From NCBI GenBank assembly GCA_024704765.1, contig JAKMXF010000310.1:1282984-1346983 (forward strand): a stretch of 64,000 bases of DNA, given 5' to 3'. Shown here one piece after another: positions 47,529-60,050 of the stretch; position 1 is the stretch's first letter; the number at the start of each line of letters is the position of its first letter. The notes under the pieces were generated by a model, which saw nothing but the letters and a program-made list of their open reading frames with translations, was not told the DNA's origin and ran no database searches. This DNA is from Oopsacas minuta. Lineage: Eukaryota; Animalia; Porifera. The position numbers and the translations under genes were made by a program.

Positions 47529-49560
47529 CTAACTTTGAATATTTATTACGACATTGAATTGTTCTAAAAGATTTTCAAGGTATAGGGCTATCACTGACTT
47601 GTTCGTAAGAGTAAACGATGAAGGATATGTAAGCCATTGCAAAGAATCTCCACTCTTAGTGTAAACAACAATGTCATGTTTAAACAAACTTGCTGTAGCC
47701 ATTATTTCTGCATCAGTCCCCAAACTCCATTACGAGCCATCGAACTTAAGATCACACAGGCATTGACAGACTGGTTGAGATTCTTTTGTAATCAGTTGCT
47801 AATAGTATCAGACATATACTGAACCACCCGATTCCTTATTGCAAGGTGATTTTCTTCTTATCCTGTTGACATAACTTATAGTCCGGAAATAACAATTCCC
47901 ATTGCTTTTGGTAATGTATACACGTCCTGGACTGTCTAGCGAGCCCTTCTCTCCAAAATATTGAGTTTTATACAGTTAGATTTAAGAACTTTGCAATTTT
48001 CTTCCTAGTTCAGGCGATATAGGAGAGTATATCCTCGTGATCTCAAGATGTTGCATTCCAATCAAATCTAAATCACATCCGCTTTCAGGGGTTTTGTTTT
48101 GTATCTTATTGGAACTCAGATGACTTAGCTTTTTGTTGTTTCTTTCTGGATATCAGAACTTACTGAATTAATAGGTTGATAACGCTTTAGAATTGCAATA
48201 TTATACACGTTTTTTAATTTGTTTCAACTTTGTATATTTTCTAGTCTTACTATGCCTTTACCCAGTAGCTCTATCACTTTATAACGCCCAACCCAACGTG
48301 GCTCCAATTTCGAGCCCATTCAATGAATACGTCTGCTGTTTGGATGTAGACTATATTATCTAGTGATACACTCAAATTGTTGGAATGGCGTTTATCATAA
48401 TTTTATTTTTGTCTCTTTTGTGCAATTCCTATTTTGGTTTTTACTTGGCTGTTGATATTTTCATGAATATTGTCAATTGTATACACATCTCTGGATTTAC
48501 ATGCTCATCAAATTTCATAGAATTCTTACTCTGAGAATATCAATTAGTAGTTTAGCAGTACGACCATACATGACTTGAAAAGGAGTACAGTTAGTTGAGG
48601 CATGTTTGCTTGTATGATATGCAAAGAGAACTCCTGGAATATAGATATCCCAATCCTCGCATTTGTCATTTACTAATTTACATAATGCTGCTTTCAGCGC
48701 TCAATTAATTATCCCTTTCACGTTGACCATTTGTCTGAGGGTGATAGGCTGAAGAAATACAGTGCTCTGTTTGTAGACTTTCGAGGAGAAAATCAACGAC
48801 TTCGTTTACAAATTCTCGTCCTTGATCACTAATCAAAGTATCCATACATCCAAGTCTACACACAACAGAATATAGAAAATCAGCGACACGTTTAGCAGTC
48901 TTGTTGGGAATGGCTGAAGCTTCTGACCTTTTAGAAAAATATCTGAGACTGCGACAATATACTTGTTGCCAAGTGTTGACTCCTGTAACGGTCCAGTATT
49001 ATCGATTCCAACTAAATTCCACACTTTAGCCTGGACACTAATGGAACAAAGGGGAGGCGCTTCTGCTGATAATTTGGATTTATTGCGAGACATTGGGCAT
49101 TCTTTGCAATAAGTTGCAATATCATCCTTCATCCCTAAATAAAGTATTTATAAACGTAGTCTTAGTTAGAAATTGATTAAGATTTCACATATTTACGTAG
49201 ACACATATATAATAAAGTACCTTTTCAATAATATATTGCAGCGATTTTGTTATAAGTCTTATCACGTCCGAAATGCCCCACTGAAAACGGAATACCATGG
49301 CGTGCGCTCAGTACAGAAGACAATCTGCTAGCTTCTAATACTTCATTATCACCATGTATCAGTATTCCATTTTGTAATGCATATGATTTGACTCTCTGGC
49401 TGAACTTCGATTAGCATCAACTTGTTCATGAGGAAGAAGACAATAGATTTCTTTTGGATATTTGATGCCTGAAGTTGTAGTAAAATGCTTGAGAATATTA
49501 TTATAATTCTGGTCATTCATTCCTTTGAAATAATCTGGAGTATTTTGAATTTATTGTCAA
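47529..49560 (-). pseudogene. Ginger transposase: H2C2 finger, integrase core, GPY/F-like motif, C-terminal OTU protease
   Basis: GHFGRDKTYNKI..YY*KG|MKDDIATYCKEC; LVGIDNTGPL; ISDQGREF; SAYHPQTNG; KLEPRWVGRY; GNCYFR...WGTDAEIMATASLF. Confidence 0.85.
49135..49220 (-). other. 86-bp GT-AG intron (phase 1) in the integrase zinc-finger region
   Basis: AAAAG|GTACTT...TTATTTAG|GGATG. Splicing restores K-G-M in frame. Confidence 0.8.
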
Positions 49561-52500
49561 CTAGGTTAGAATACTGTATTAAGCATATGGTTGACCAATA
49601 AGAAAGGGAAACAAAATTTCAGGAGATATAATGTGTACTAGGACAGTTCAAACTGAGTATATTCTGGGCTAGCCCACTTCATATCCGAGTATATTCGGGT
49701 CTAGCGCATAATATACCGGGGTATAATCTGGACCAGCCCAGAATATACTCGGGTATATTCTAATGGGGGTATATTATGGGCTGCTACACCGGAAATTGAT
49801 CTATGAATACATAGATAATTATAATCATATCATAATTTATAGTTGAAACGCACAGCTATTGTATTCAAAATATTCAGCTATATTTGAAAAAGGATCATCA
49901 ATAAGAGGATCCTAAATTTGATCGGGATCGGGATCTAATTCATTTTGTTAAGGATCTTCTAATGCCCTATCTATAACCTTATTCTTAGCCAAAATGAAGC
50001 AATCTAAAAGGCTAAGTTCATCACAAGTTATCTGAGAATTCCAAAACAATCCTACTACGCTACAGTGACCAGATGGTTTGATTTGGTTCCAAATCCTAGA
50101 CAATGAATAACATTCACCGAAAGATACTTGAGTGTTGTAAATGTTAGATAGCGATTTCTATCACTTTCAGATCAACTTTTATAATCATATTCGTGCTCAG
50201 CATTAAACTTCTAGCCGCTTGATATACATATTGACCATATTTGGAGGGATTTTTCCCAAGCAACGCAAAAATTCCTCTAGAAACCCATTTAGTGGCCCCT
50301 TGTTCGACGCCGCTAGGCTAGCTGAGTATAGTTATGTACATATGACCTTCTAAAGATCTTCAAACACGATTTAGCAGGATCGACCTCGCGATCCCTAATT
50401 TCAGGATACTAATTACATATTTGACATGAATAAAGGATGTTATAGCCTGTTTTGTGAAAATATTAGCTATAAAAATTGATTTTATCGAAGAGTGTAGATC
50501 CGGCATTAACTCTGGCCTAAATATTTGTGCAAATTTGTCGAGAAAATCGTTAATTTGAATAGTTTATATTGTGTACATCTTATGATGTATTCAGAAAAGT
50601 TCCTGGTTTGTATGGAGATCACCGATATTCTATAGAGTGGTGAATCAGTTGATTACCAAACATATACGTACATTTGATGGTTTGGGACTATCAGCCAACC
50701 TCACCACTGTATAGGATATCGTTATTCCATCAAACGAGTAATCTTCCAGAATAATTCAAGGATGTAGGTAAATCGATATTCAAATTAACGAATTTCTTGT
50801 TTCGACATTTTTGCATAAATATTCAGAACAGATACTGAAATCTACCAAATTAAAAATCAATCAAACAATTTGTTGCAATCTTTTTGGGGTCGGGGTGTTT
50901 ATGTGCAGCTCCTGTGTGGAGATGCCCTAATGCATAATGGCATGGACGATATACGACGTCCGTGCGACCGTGGGAAATTTAGTAGTCCAAATTACATGAA
51001 AATTGGAACTCATATACATTTTTGGTCGGAGATTTGCACCTCAGGTATGAAATTTGTATAAAATGAATATTTCACCCCTTTTTGGTGATTAATAATATTT
51101 TCACACCTTCCGTTGTGAAATACATAAGCAAGCATGTGATTAGGTATAAACATGTTCTCAGGGGAAGTTGGGTACTTAGAGTCCGTTTTTGAGAATTTTA
51201 GAGTGTCAAATTCACAGATTTATCATATGAATAATCATATTTGTACACATTTATGCATATCAATACCATTATAAAGCAATTCAACTTTGTATGTTTATGT
51301 GCAAAATTGATTGAAGGAACTGGAGGATCCCTGGGAATGATTTTTGCATACATGGGTATTTTGGGGCTGGCTAGGACATGTTCGAGTCTTGGACGAAAAT
51401 TCAGACGTATGACAAAATTATCACTTCATGAGCTAGTGGAAATGAAGAAAGTTTCATGTTTCCAGGCGGTCCTGTTTCAAGCAATATGTCCGGCGTCCAA
51501 GTTAGGGTTTTCTAATATTCGCTTAGAGTTCATTTTGAGATAATTATTGTCATGGCTATTAGTATCGAATTTGACGATTATCGAAACACGTCGGGTAGAG
51601 CGCCAAATTGTTACAAAGTTGCACTAGCATAGTTATCAACTTTCAAAAATTTCTATTCGTGAGGTTGTTTAGATTATTGTTATTCTATAGTTTCTTTAAA
51701 GGAATATAAACATCGATTTGTAATACGATTTTAGCTTCCCTAATGATATAACACTATTCTTTCGTATAAACTTAAGGGGTATTTGAATAAATGTCAATTA
51801 AGAATGCAAATCTGCGAGGCTTATATTAGCTCTGTGACACTTGATAACACTCACTGGGCTGTGTTTGAACTTTTAGAAGCGGAGTCACTTCATTGAAGTT
51901 CAAGGGTGTGATGTACACTCTGTTTTATGTGCTACTGATAGGCACATTTTAAAGGTGTTCAAATGCAGTGTTGGCACATTACTGAGACATTCCAGAATAT
52001 ATCTGAGTGGCTACTCCAAACGCGCGAAATCTTTACTGATTAGAATATCAACAAAATTCGTTTTGATTCAAACTGGGTCAGTAATATACATATGAACACA
52101 ATCAAAATGTTTTCGAAGTGGCATATTAACTGAGTGTGCATCCTACTCCTGAACTTTGATGAAAGCTCCCAAACAAACAGACCTAGTACAAATTTATCCC
52201 TAATTTAGTGGTTTTACTGGCTTGTCAAGGTTTCATCGCAAACAGCCCTGACTATTTCCCTTCACTTAATTCAAATTATTTTACTATTTATCCTTAATTA
52301 TACAAATTTTTCATGTTCAATACTAGATAATCAGAACATTCGATTAATCCAATCAATTTTGATATAAAATCACACCCGTTTAATGTTGTATTCCTATGCT
52401 ATTTAGGCCCTTTAGCTCAACTGTGGTATTTGTACTTTTGGTCAAGCAAGAAATAGCCGAATACAAAATATGGCGTCCTATGTATCCAGCAAATCACCAA

Positions 52501-53503
52501 CTCATAACGTATATACTAATATTCGCGGTATTATAAAGTACAATACACATGTGCATAAGGTACAGTATACATGTGCATGAGGTACACTACATGTGTATTA
52601 AAAAGTAGAATAGATATGCACTTAAAAGTGCCTTCATACGAAGGGCATTCGAAAAGGTTTCCGTTTGATATGAAACCATTAATCTGTCGGATATTTTTCC
52701 GCATCCATCTTTTCAGACATATTCCATTAGTCTACTTTGAAACTTTCATTCATTTATCTCTTCTACTCTCATAAATTAGATAATTTTAGTATACATTGCT
52801 TCGAAAATATCTAAATCTAAATCATGGTACAACTATAGAATTGCACCCCTCGAACCTTTCATCCGAAATGTAAAACGCACTTATTCTAGCCTGATCGTAC
52901 TCGCAGTATGATGAAGATTCCACTTTAGAACGTTCAAATTGGTGCACAATTGAAAAGTTAGAGCTAAATTACACTACTAAGCCAAAGTTTATGGGCGAAA
53001 TTGTATTAGTCATCAAATCAATTTATACTGATTCTAGTTACTATCTATAGCCATAGCAATGTGCCTACTAACATCATTACATAGTGACTTACATTATTGA
53101 GAATCCTGAACAGGTATGCGAACTACAAAATAACCAGCAATCATAATTATTATCACTACTTCAGAACAATGCTGTCAATTTTCAAAACGTAGGAGTGTAG
53201 AGTGAAGTTGACTAGTTCATGATTAGTGTTGTAATTCTAATAACTTCGTTATATAATGTTGTTTGCAACACTGCAACAACTTACAGCCTGTTAACAGGCC
53301 TATGAGAGGGTGTGTCAGTCGGGGTCAAATTCGGCAGGTGTCACTATGTTCATACATTTTGAGAATATAGTTATNGATTGAAATGGTTAATCTTATCTCA
53401 ATTGTGAAGCATGTGAATGTTTTTGATCCTCCTTTAGTATTTTCTTCACCCACTTTTAGATGTACATCTGTCTTACCGAATATTTCCTATCATTTTTTCG
53501 ATA

Positions 53504-53820
53504 TACCTCTCTCTTATAGGTTATTCCCTTACTTTCGATTAGTTTTATAGTGATTTGATTTAGCGTGAAGCGCCTGACCATTATCAGCCAAATGGCGGAT
53601 GGCGTATGTCTATTTTTAGATTTAATCCCTGAAATCAATATTATTATTCATACTGATATTCTGAAAGTTAAACTGAAAGACTGAGAATGAGCCAAGCTCA
53701 GTGATAAATGTGTATTTCATTTACAATGGATGCCATTTGTATAAACATCATTGGGAATCGCATAGAAGGTACTTCTATCCGGCATGTTCGTATAGCTGAC
53801 ATATTGCAATGTGATAAATA
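53504..53820 (+). repeat. 317-bp repeat, inverted copy at 60774-61090; adjoining 53376-53507 repeated directly at 63871-64000
   Basis: High-identity match by eye (e.g. GCCAAGCTCAGTGATAAATGTGTATTTCATTTACAATGGATGCCATTTGTATAAACATCATTGGGAATCGCATAGAAGG). Confidence 0.9.
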
Positions 53821-54621
53821 GAATGGATATCGCTTATCATTGAATCCAAAATTGGCGAGGGGCGCTTAGACCCTTCCGCTTACCACAACTTGCCCCCATG
53901 TCGCTTATAAAATGCCATTTGTGGGTAGCAGTATATTTTTATCAAGAGTATGCTCTTGAATATACATACATATATGTATATATATAAGTACATGGAGACT
54001 GTGTCCCTTCAATGGTTCTTATATGCGATATTCACTGCCTCAAGCTATGTTCTCATAGCATGTATACATCAGAGGGGGATATATAGAGAGAGAGTAGCCG
54101 GTTTCAAGTATGATGTTCTTATATCTGACAATGTATTGCTCAATCATTATGATTGCAAATTGGTTTATGATCGTGATCCATATGTAGCAGTGGGGTGGAG
54201 GCCACTTGGGGAGTATAGTGTTTTGCCTCTTAGTAATTCCTCTATAATCGCACATTCACTAAATGGCTTTGTTTGCCCATGACATCAAGTTCTAATTTTC
54301 GAAGAAATAGTTCATCTAATAGCATGTTCGGTGTTAGCAAAGACATTCTTGCTAAATAAGACCTTGGGTTTGGTCGAACTCTGCCGGGCCGATGCATTAG
54401 CATAATTATGGGTTACGTAATGTTAGAACAAACACATATGATAAAACAAAAATCAATCCCAAAATAGCAGATCCAATAATCATATATTAAAAAGTACTGT
54501 GCGCATGTCCGTTAAGTATTGTGCGCATGCGTGTAAAAATATTTATTCAATTTGTTGTATGTATATCTAATGTGAATGTAGCTCAGAAATATAATATCAC
54601 GAACTGTACGTATTCCTATAT

Positions 54622-54721
54622 CAGTAGAGTCTCGTTAATACAAACAGGGTTGAGGCGTAACTCCGGATAAGGAGTACGTATTTTGGCAGTCCCCTGTGTA
54701 CGTATTAACGAGTGTCTACTA
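54622..54721. mobile_element. 100-bp pogo-type MITE
   Basis: CAGTAGAGTCTCGTTAATAC / GTATTAACGAGTGTCTACTA. Confidence 0.65.
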
Positions 54722-54992
54722 TAATATCAATACTCTGGTATTATCCTTCGCACCCGTTTAAGCATGGCCAGAAATATCTCTACCTCAACTTTTGAAATTA
54801 AACACCCACATCTGAGGAAACAAAGAATAGTTGAGGAGAAATTTGACATTACTGCAACAACCCTCAACATTGGACGAATTGAAATTTCGAAGACAAATGT
54901 TTCGCCAGTAGATATCAAAATATCAGAAGAGCAATTTGAAATTGTACCAAGTAACGTATTGAAAAGGCACATTTCCATGGAATGCTACACTA

Positions 54993-56328
54993 CAGGGGCA
55001 TTCAATAAATACTAATCATACCATCTAAAACTATAGATACTTGTGTAAAGTTGGTAATTTTTGCTATGAATGTTCAAAGTAGTCTCCTTTATACGCTATA
55101 ACTGAATTTAGCCTTTTAATCCAATTTTCAAATGTCTTTCTGTACTCATCCTTGGGAATGACTTCAAGGTATCTGTAAATTGCCCGACCGAGGCTGAGCC
55201 GATCCTCAAATTCGCATCCGGAGAGGTTATCTTTGAGTTTTCTAAACAGCCAGAAGTCACATGGGGCTATATCAGGGGAGTAAGGTGGATGTGGAACTTC
55301 GTGCATACCCATATCTTTAATTTTTTGCCTTACAGCCAAAGATTTATGCGGTCTAGCATTATCGTGCAAAATTTTGTGACCACGAGTTCCATTCTTTGGA
55401 CGACGCTTAAGATAATGTTTTTCGACCTCAGGCAACACCACATCTGTGTAAAATTGTCCTGTGAGTGTCTGACCTTTGGGAACAGGGATTTGGGCTACAG
55501 AACCTAGGCCATCGAAAATTATGCAGTACAAGACCTTCGGGGCATGGAAGTCGGATACACAAACAGCTGGGGGTACCTCTCCCTTCTTTAGCCATACCCT
55601 ACCATCTTGCTTTCTGATCGGTGGTTTGAATTGTATCCATGTTGTATCTCCTGTTACTATCTCTAATAACCGCCTAGGGTCACTTCCTTCATAAATTTCA
55701 AGGTTTTCCTTAGCCATTTGGAGTCTCGCGGCCTTTTGTGGAAAACTTAAGCAATGTGGTACCCTTCGCACTTGGACCTTCCTCAGTTCTAAATCCGCCT
55801 TCAGAATTGTGTGTGCACTTCCCGTTGAAATGCCAACATAGTTAGCTACCTCCTCAACCGAAGAATGCGGAAAAGACTCGACATATTCCTTTACTTCACT
55901 CAATTTGTCATTGTTGGTCGCCAGTTTTGGTGCTCCAGGACGAGGAGCGTCTTGGACAGAGGTCCTACCTTCCCTAAATAGGCTCACCCACCTTCTGACA
56001 GTTGAATACGATAAAGTATCTTCTCCACATATCGTTGCCAACTCGTCATGAATAGACTTTGGAGGAATTTCGAGAATGGTGCGAAATTTGATGTACGTTC
56101 GTTGTTCAAGTTCCGAAAGATTTGGACAAGAAGCCATGAAAAATGTAAAGGACAAAATGTAGGTTTCTAAAAATAACTGAAACTTAGGAAATAATTAAGT
56201 GATCAACTCTCTTTAAGTTTTGTTAGAAAGTTGAAATATGGTTCTATATAATTGCACTGAGAAATACTAGCTTAGAACTGCTATTTCATTAAAAATATAC
56301 AGTGATTAGTATATATTGAATGCCCCTG
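54993..56328 (-). mobile_element. mariner element 4, complete
   Basis: 26-bp TIRs CAGGGGCATTCAATA(A/T)ATACTAATCA (1 mismatch) with TA TSD. Confidence 0.95.
55064..56137 (-). CDS. mariner transposase, 357 aa from ATG, intact DD34D
   Basis: GRP-like GAPK linker, RRVPHCL, VTGDTTW, LHDNARPH, HPPYSPDIAPCDF; no stops. Confidence 0.93.
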   Translation of the reverse strand: MASCPNLSELEQRTYIKFRTILEIPPKSIHDELATICGEDTLSYSTVRRWVSLFREGRTSVQDAPRPGAPKLATNNDKLSEVKEYVESFPHSSVEEVANYVGISTGSAHTILKADLELRKVQVRRVPHCLSFPQKAARLQMAKENLEIYEGSDPRRLLEIVTGDTTWIQFKPPIRKQDGRVWLKKGEVPPAVCVSDFHAPKVLYCIIFDGLGSVAQIPVPKGQTLTGQFYTDVVLPEVEKHYLKRRPKNGTRGHKILHDNARPHKSLAVRQKIKDMGMHEVPHPPYSPDIAPCDFWLFRKLKDNLSGCEFEDRLSLGRAIYRYLEVIPKDEYRKTFENWIKRLNSVIAYKGDYFEHS

Positions 56329-56943
56329 TATTTAACACGACATTACCCAATACACTTTTTTAGGCCATCCCAAGAAAGAAGTATACACTGAAATCTTTTC
56401 ACAAGAAGAGCTAACTATTCCAACACTAGATCAATATGTACATCTGCTTGCTGATAATCAGAAGGCTTGCGTTTGCAAGATTGCTCTGTAGTATTCATGT
56501 CAGATTTTGAGGTAATCAATGGTATGACACCTATGTGTAACTACAGTGACCCTCGCTAATCCGAACAGAGCCTAAATGTTATACAAGTATACGAGCCTTT
56601 GGCTCGTCGCTTCACGATGAATCGCCGCTTGCGCCTTGGGTATTCAACGGACAAACAACAATTGAGATTAAATACTATAGATTTAATTCAACTGCGGACA
56701 AATCCATAATACTATATTACACATCTTGGCGGCATTCCCGATAAATTCGTAATTTTTTTTCCTTAAGCTACCAAAGAATTTAGCCTAGTGAGGCGAGGTG
56801 GTGGCTAAGTTAGCTACCATGTATTCAATTTTGTCGAGCGCTGCGTTGGCAGCCTTGTAATCATTTGACGCAACATTCGAAAAGTGTACTCCCAGATTCT
56901 ATAGTGTTTCAATTCATGTTTTCATTTTCTAGACGAAGTAATA

Positions 56944-57500
56944 TTGACCAAGAAAAACGTTTTGATCGTAACTTGTCTGATGAAATGCTTATCTTGTCAA
57001 AGCAATTCTTGCACACATTACCAAGCATATGAATTGTGTTTGGAATTCCAAACCTTAAACAATTCAGAATCCAGATCCCATGCTGGCAGTACTTACTACA
57101 CATTAGGTGCAAATACAATTTTTTTGCTGAAGAATGGCTATCATTGCCTATATACGAAAGAAATGAAGTGGTATTGCGATAATTGTAGTAGTATGTGTAA
57201 AGAAAAGTTAACTCTACAGGCAATCATGGCAGAATACAATGATCGGTTACCCGTTCCTCAGAAACCTCCAGATTGTTTTACCAATATCTAAACGATATCT
57301 TCCTTTTGAACTTAGTAAGAACCAGGCTATTAAATATAATGAACAGTTAAGACGAGGATTATTTCTACCCCCAAATCTTGAACCAGATATTTTGCATTGC
57401 GAGCAAGGACATAAATATGTTGCCAAAAGTCTAGTCGTAGCAAAGAAGGGAATCACTATATACACAGAAAATGATGTCCTCGATTTAAAAGAACATACAG
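56944..57500 (+). pseudogene. cysteine-rich coding fragments, possibly CxC (KDZ/HMGXB3-associated) type
   Basis: Two frameshifted ORFs (…WYCDNCSSMC…; …EPDILHCEQGHKY…ITIYTE…) ending at donor AG|GTATGT. The family resemblance is from memory only. Confidence 0.35.
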
Positions 57501-57617
57501 GTATGTTATTAAATTATATACTAGATAGTATATATTCTTCATCGGATTACTTATATGTCGGTGGTCTACATTGTCGGCTAGCCGAAAAAACGGCTAACCT
57601 ATTTGAAATAGCATGCA

Positions 57618-60050
57618 CTAACTAACTAAATCAATTAAGTTCACAATTTTTGTCAAATTGTCTTTTCTTTTTTGTTTCATCTCGGTAAATATCCGCTTCC
57701 GTTTATTTGGTGGACGTCCTTTACTCTTAACATGTCTAGGATTCTTTACTTTAGTGATATTTGAAGTAGTCTTGTGTGCTATTTGTGCTTCGGAGTGATC
57801 GACAGCTAGTAGATGGTAGATATCAGCTAGTTTCTCTTTTACCATATTATAAGAACTCTGATCGAAAGAGGCAATATACGCTATGTTCTTAAACTCTGTT
57901 GTCATTATTGCATACCTTTCATCCTTTGAAATATTCGAATCAGTTTCCACAATTCTAATGTTTTGTATAATGTTGTCATTGCATATGAAATTGTATAGGA
58001 CATAACCATTATCTTCACGACTCTTAGCCTAAACGTAGAAGAACAATGTTAATTAATGCACAAAATATTGGAATAGATTTTTCAGTGAATTTTAAAATGC
58101 ACATCAGTAGTCTTACCCTCCAAAAATCTGCTATTGGATTGCATGGTACATCAGTCAATCTTTGTTGATGGTGAACTAGTAGCATGTGCCGACATGGCAA
58201 ACCCCATGATGATGGAAACCCGTAAGTGCAAGATGTCAATGTTGTTATACGTGTTGATCTTCTTGACACTGTTGAATATAGACCCAAGTCAATTGCTATT
58301 AACTTCTCTGAATCATCATTTTGATAATCATATTCCTTCGAGCAACTAAGAAAGTGAAATAAAGCACAATATCTTAGTAAATAATGCACATAATTTAGTG
58401 CGTTTTACGTGTTTATGTATAGAATGTACTATGTTGCGTAGGCAATGGAATGGTTGGTAAGGCCATGGTCATGGCCTTACCAAAGGCCTCACCTGGCCCT
58501 AACAATTTCTAAACGAGTTACGCCTCTGTGTTTGCTTCAAAGGACGTATTACACAGCTTAAGATTCAAATCATACATATAACACTTGAAGCTGCTATTAT
58601 TATTATTATTATTATTACTATTATAATCTCAAAATTACTTGAGGGGTCTTCTCGAGATGATATGTGTCTGACTTCAAAAACTAACTCTTAAGATGAACTA
58701 GATACTTCATCAACGCAATACTGCATACATTGAGCAATTTGAGCTCTCACAATTGTAAGTGCGAATGGGGTTATATCTAAGTTATTTTCTATAGGATGGT
58801 GCTTAGTCAAATAAGTAGCCATTTTAAGTGCCAACCGGGTTGCACGCCCTTTATTTTGTTCTGAAAGAGTATCTCTATTTTCATCAATTCTGTTTGCTAG
58901 GTGTGTAAGTAGAGTATGAGAATTTAAGTAGTGTTTTATAGAGGCATGTACTGATTCAGAACGTTGGGTGGAGTGAGCACCCAAAGTAAGGTATTCCCAG
59001 GACCACCGTGCAGCCCATTGTTTCCTTTTTTCGTAGAGAGAGTATAGAAATTTTTCAACTGAATGGTAATGAATTTCGGTGGTTGTTTCTTGCCTGTGTT
59101 GAACTTGTTCTAACAAACGATTCCACTCTTTATCAAATAACAAACGAGAATTAGAATCTTGCTTTTTGCAAATGATCTACCAACTTTGCAAGAACGTGTC
59201 CCAACTTCTAGCAAATTTTCACTTCTCCCACTGAATAGGGGTTTCATATGCAACATTACATTTTGCCCAATGTGAAATGTGCAAAGGAGGTGTACAATGC
59301 AAGGAAACGATGTCTTTATAGCAGCAGCCATTGCTGGGTCACCATCCGTGATTGTTACTCTTGGTGGTTGTTTAAAAGCTTTTAGAAATTCAGTGAAAAC
59401 CCATACAAAAGATTCCTGGGTTTCACGATCGAGTGGAGAAGCTAAAATTTGAGTTCTTCCGTCATTGTCAATTGTGTAAAGGCTGAGAATTTAAGAGCGT
59501 ATTTGTTCGTTCCGTGACTTGTATCAAATATTGGTGGATTATGATCAAGATTCTGGGTCCCGCGTTCAAGGCTATCAGTTACTGCCCCAAATGCTGCATT
59601 CAGGGAGCCGTCTTCGACTGTTTGAACAGAAAAATAAAGGTCTTGGCTGGATTGTCTCTGTTGGAGGTGGTCAATAAAATTTGAAACATCAAAGCTTCTC
59701 TCTCCAACACTTGGTTGGAATCGATTATAGACATCTTGAAATGTCTATACGATAGGAGAATTCTTATCATGAGCCCTGCTAATACAGGCTAGAAATGGAT
59801 TTATTACGAATCGAATCAAGTTTGACCAAAATGATTGTAAATCACTATTTCCAAACTCGGATCGGCTATGACTACATTTGGATTCAATATCTATCATACC
59901 CATTTCAAAGTCAAATGACCTTTTCAAATTTGGTTAGGGTAAAGACAGGATGGCAAAGTTGGGTCAAATTGATCAATAAAGGGGGAATTATCTCTGGGGC
60001 CAGATTGGTGAAGCTATATCACCACCGCTTGATAGACTCTGTATTACATC
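57618..60050 (-). pseudogene. FAR1/FHY3-type MULE transposase with SWIM finger, decayed
   Basis: IFDTSHGTNKY, ETQESFVWVF, ITDGDPAMAAAI, HLLCTFHI, HSTQRSESVH, SCTYGFPSSWGLPCRHML, KSKGRPPNKRKR. Confidence 0.85.
58595..58617. repeat. (TAT)n microsatellite
   Basis: Direct observation. Confidence 0.9.

Larger units (their letters stand above)
47015..49788 (-). mobile_element. Ginger1-type (Gypsy-integrase-related) DNA transposon
   Basis: TGTA...TACA termini, long imperfect TIRs with GCCCAGAATATAC(C/T)CGG subrepeats, 4-bp flanks CCAG / CCGG. Encodes an integrase without gag or RT. Confidence 0.85.
46460..49969. mobile_element. probable hAT-type non-autonomous element hosting the Ginger insertion
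   Basis: Ends TAGGGCAT(C/T)AGA inverted, GGATC-rich subterminal repeats. TSD only 5/8 matching. Confidence 0.45.

Noticed and set aside
48560-49140. Gypsy LTR retrotransposon fragment
   Set aside because: TIRs, 4-bp flanks, an intron and an OTU domain, with no gag, RT or LTR, indicate a Ginger DNA transposon.
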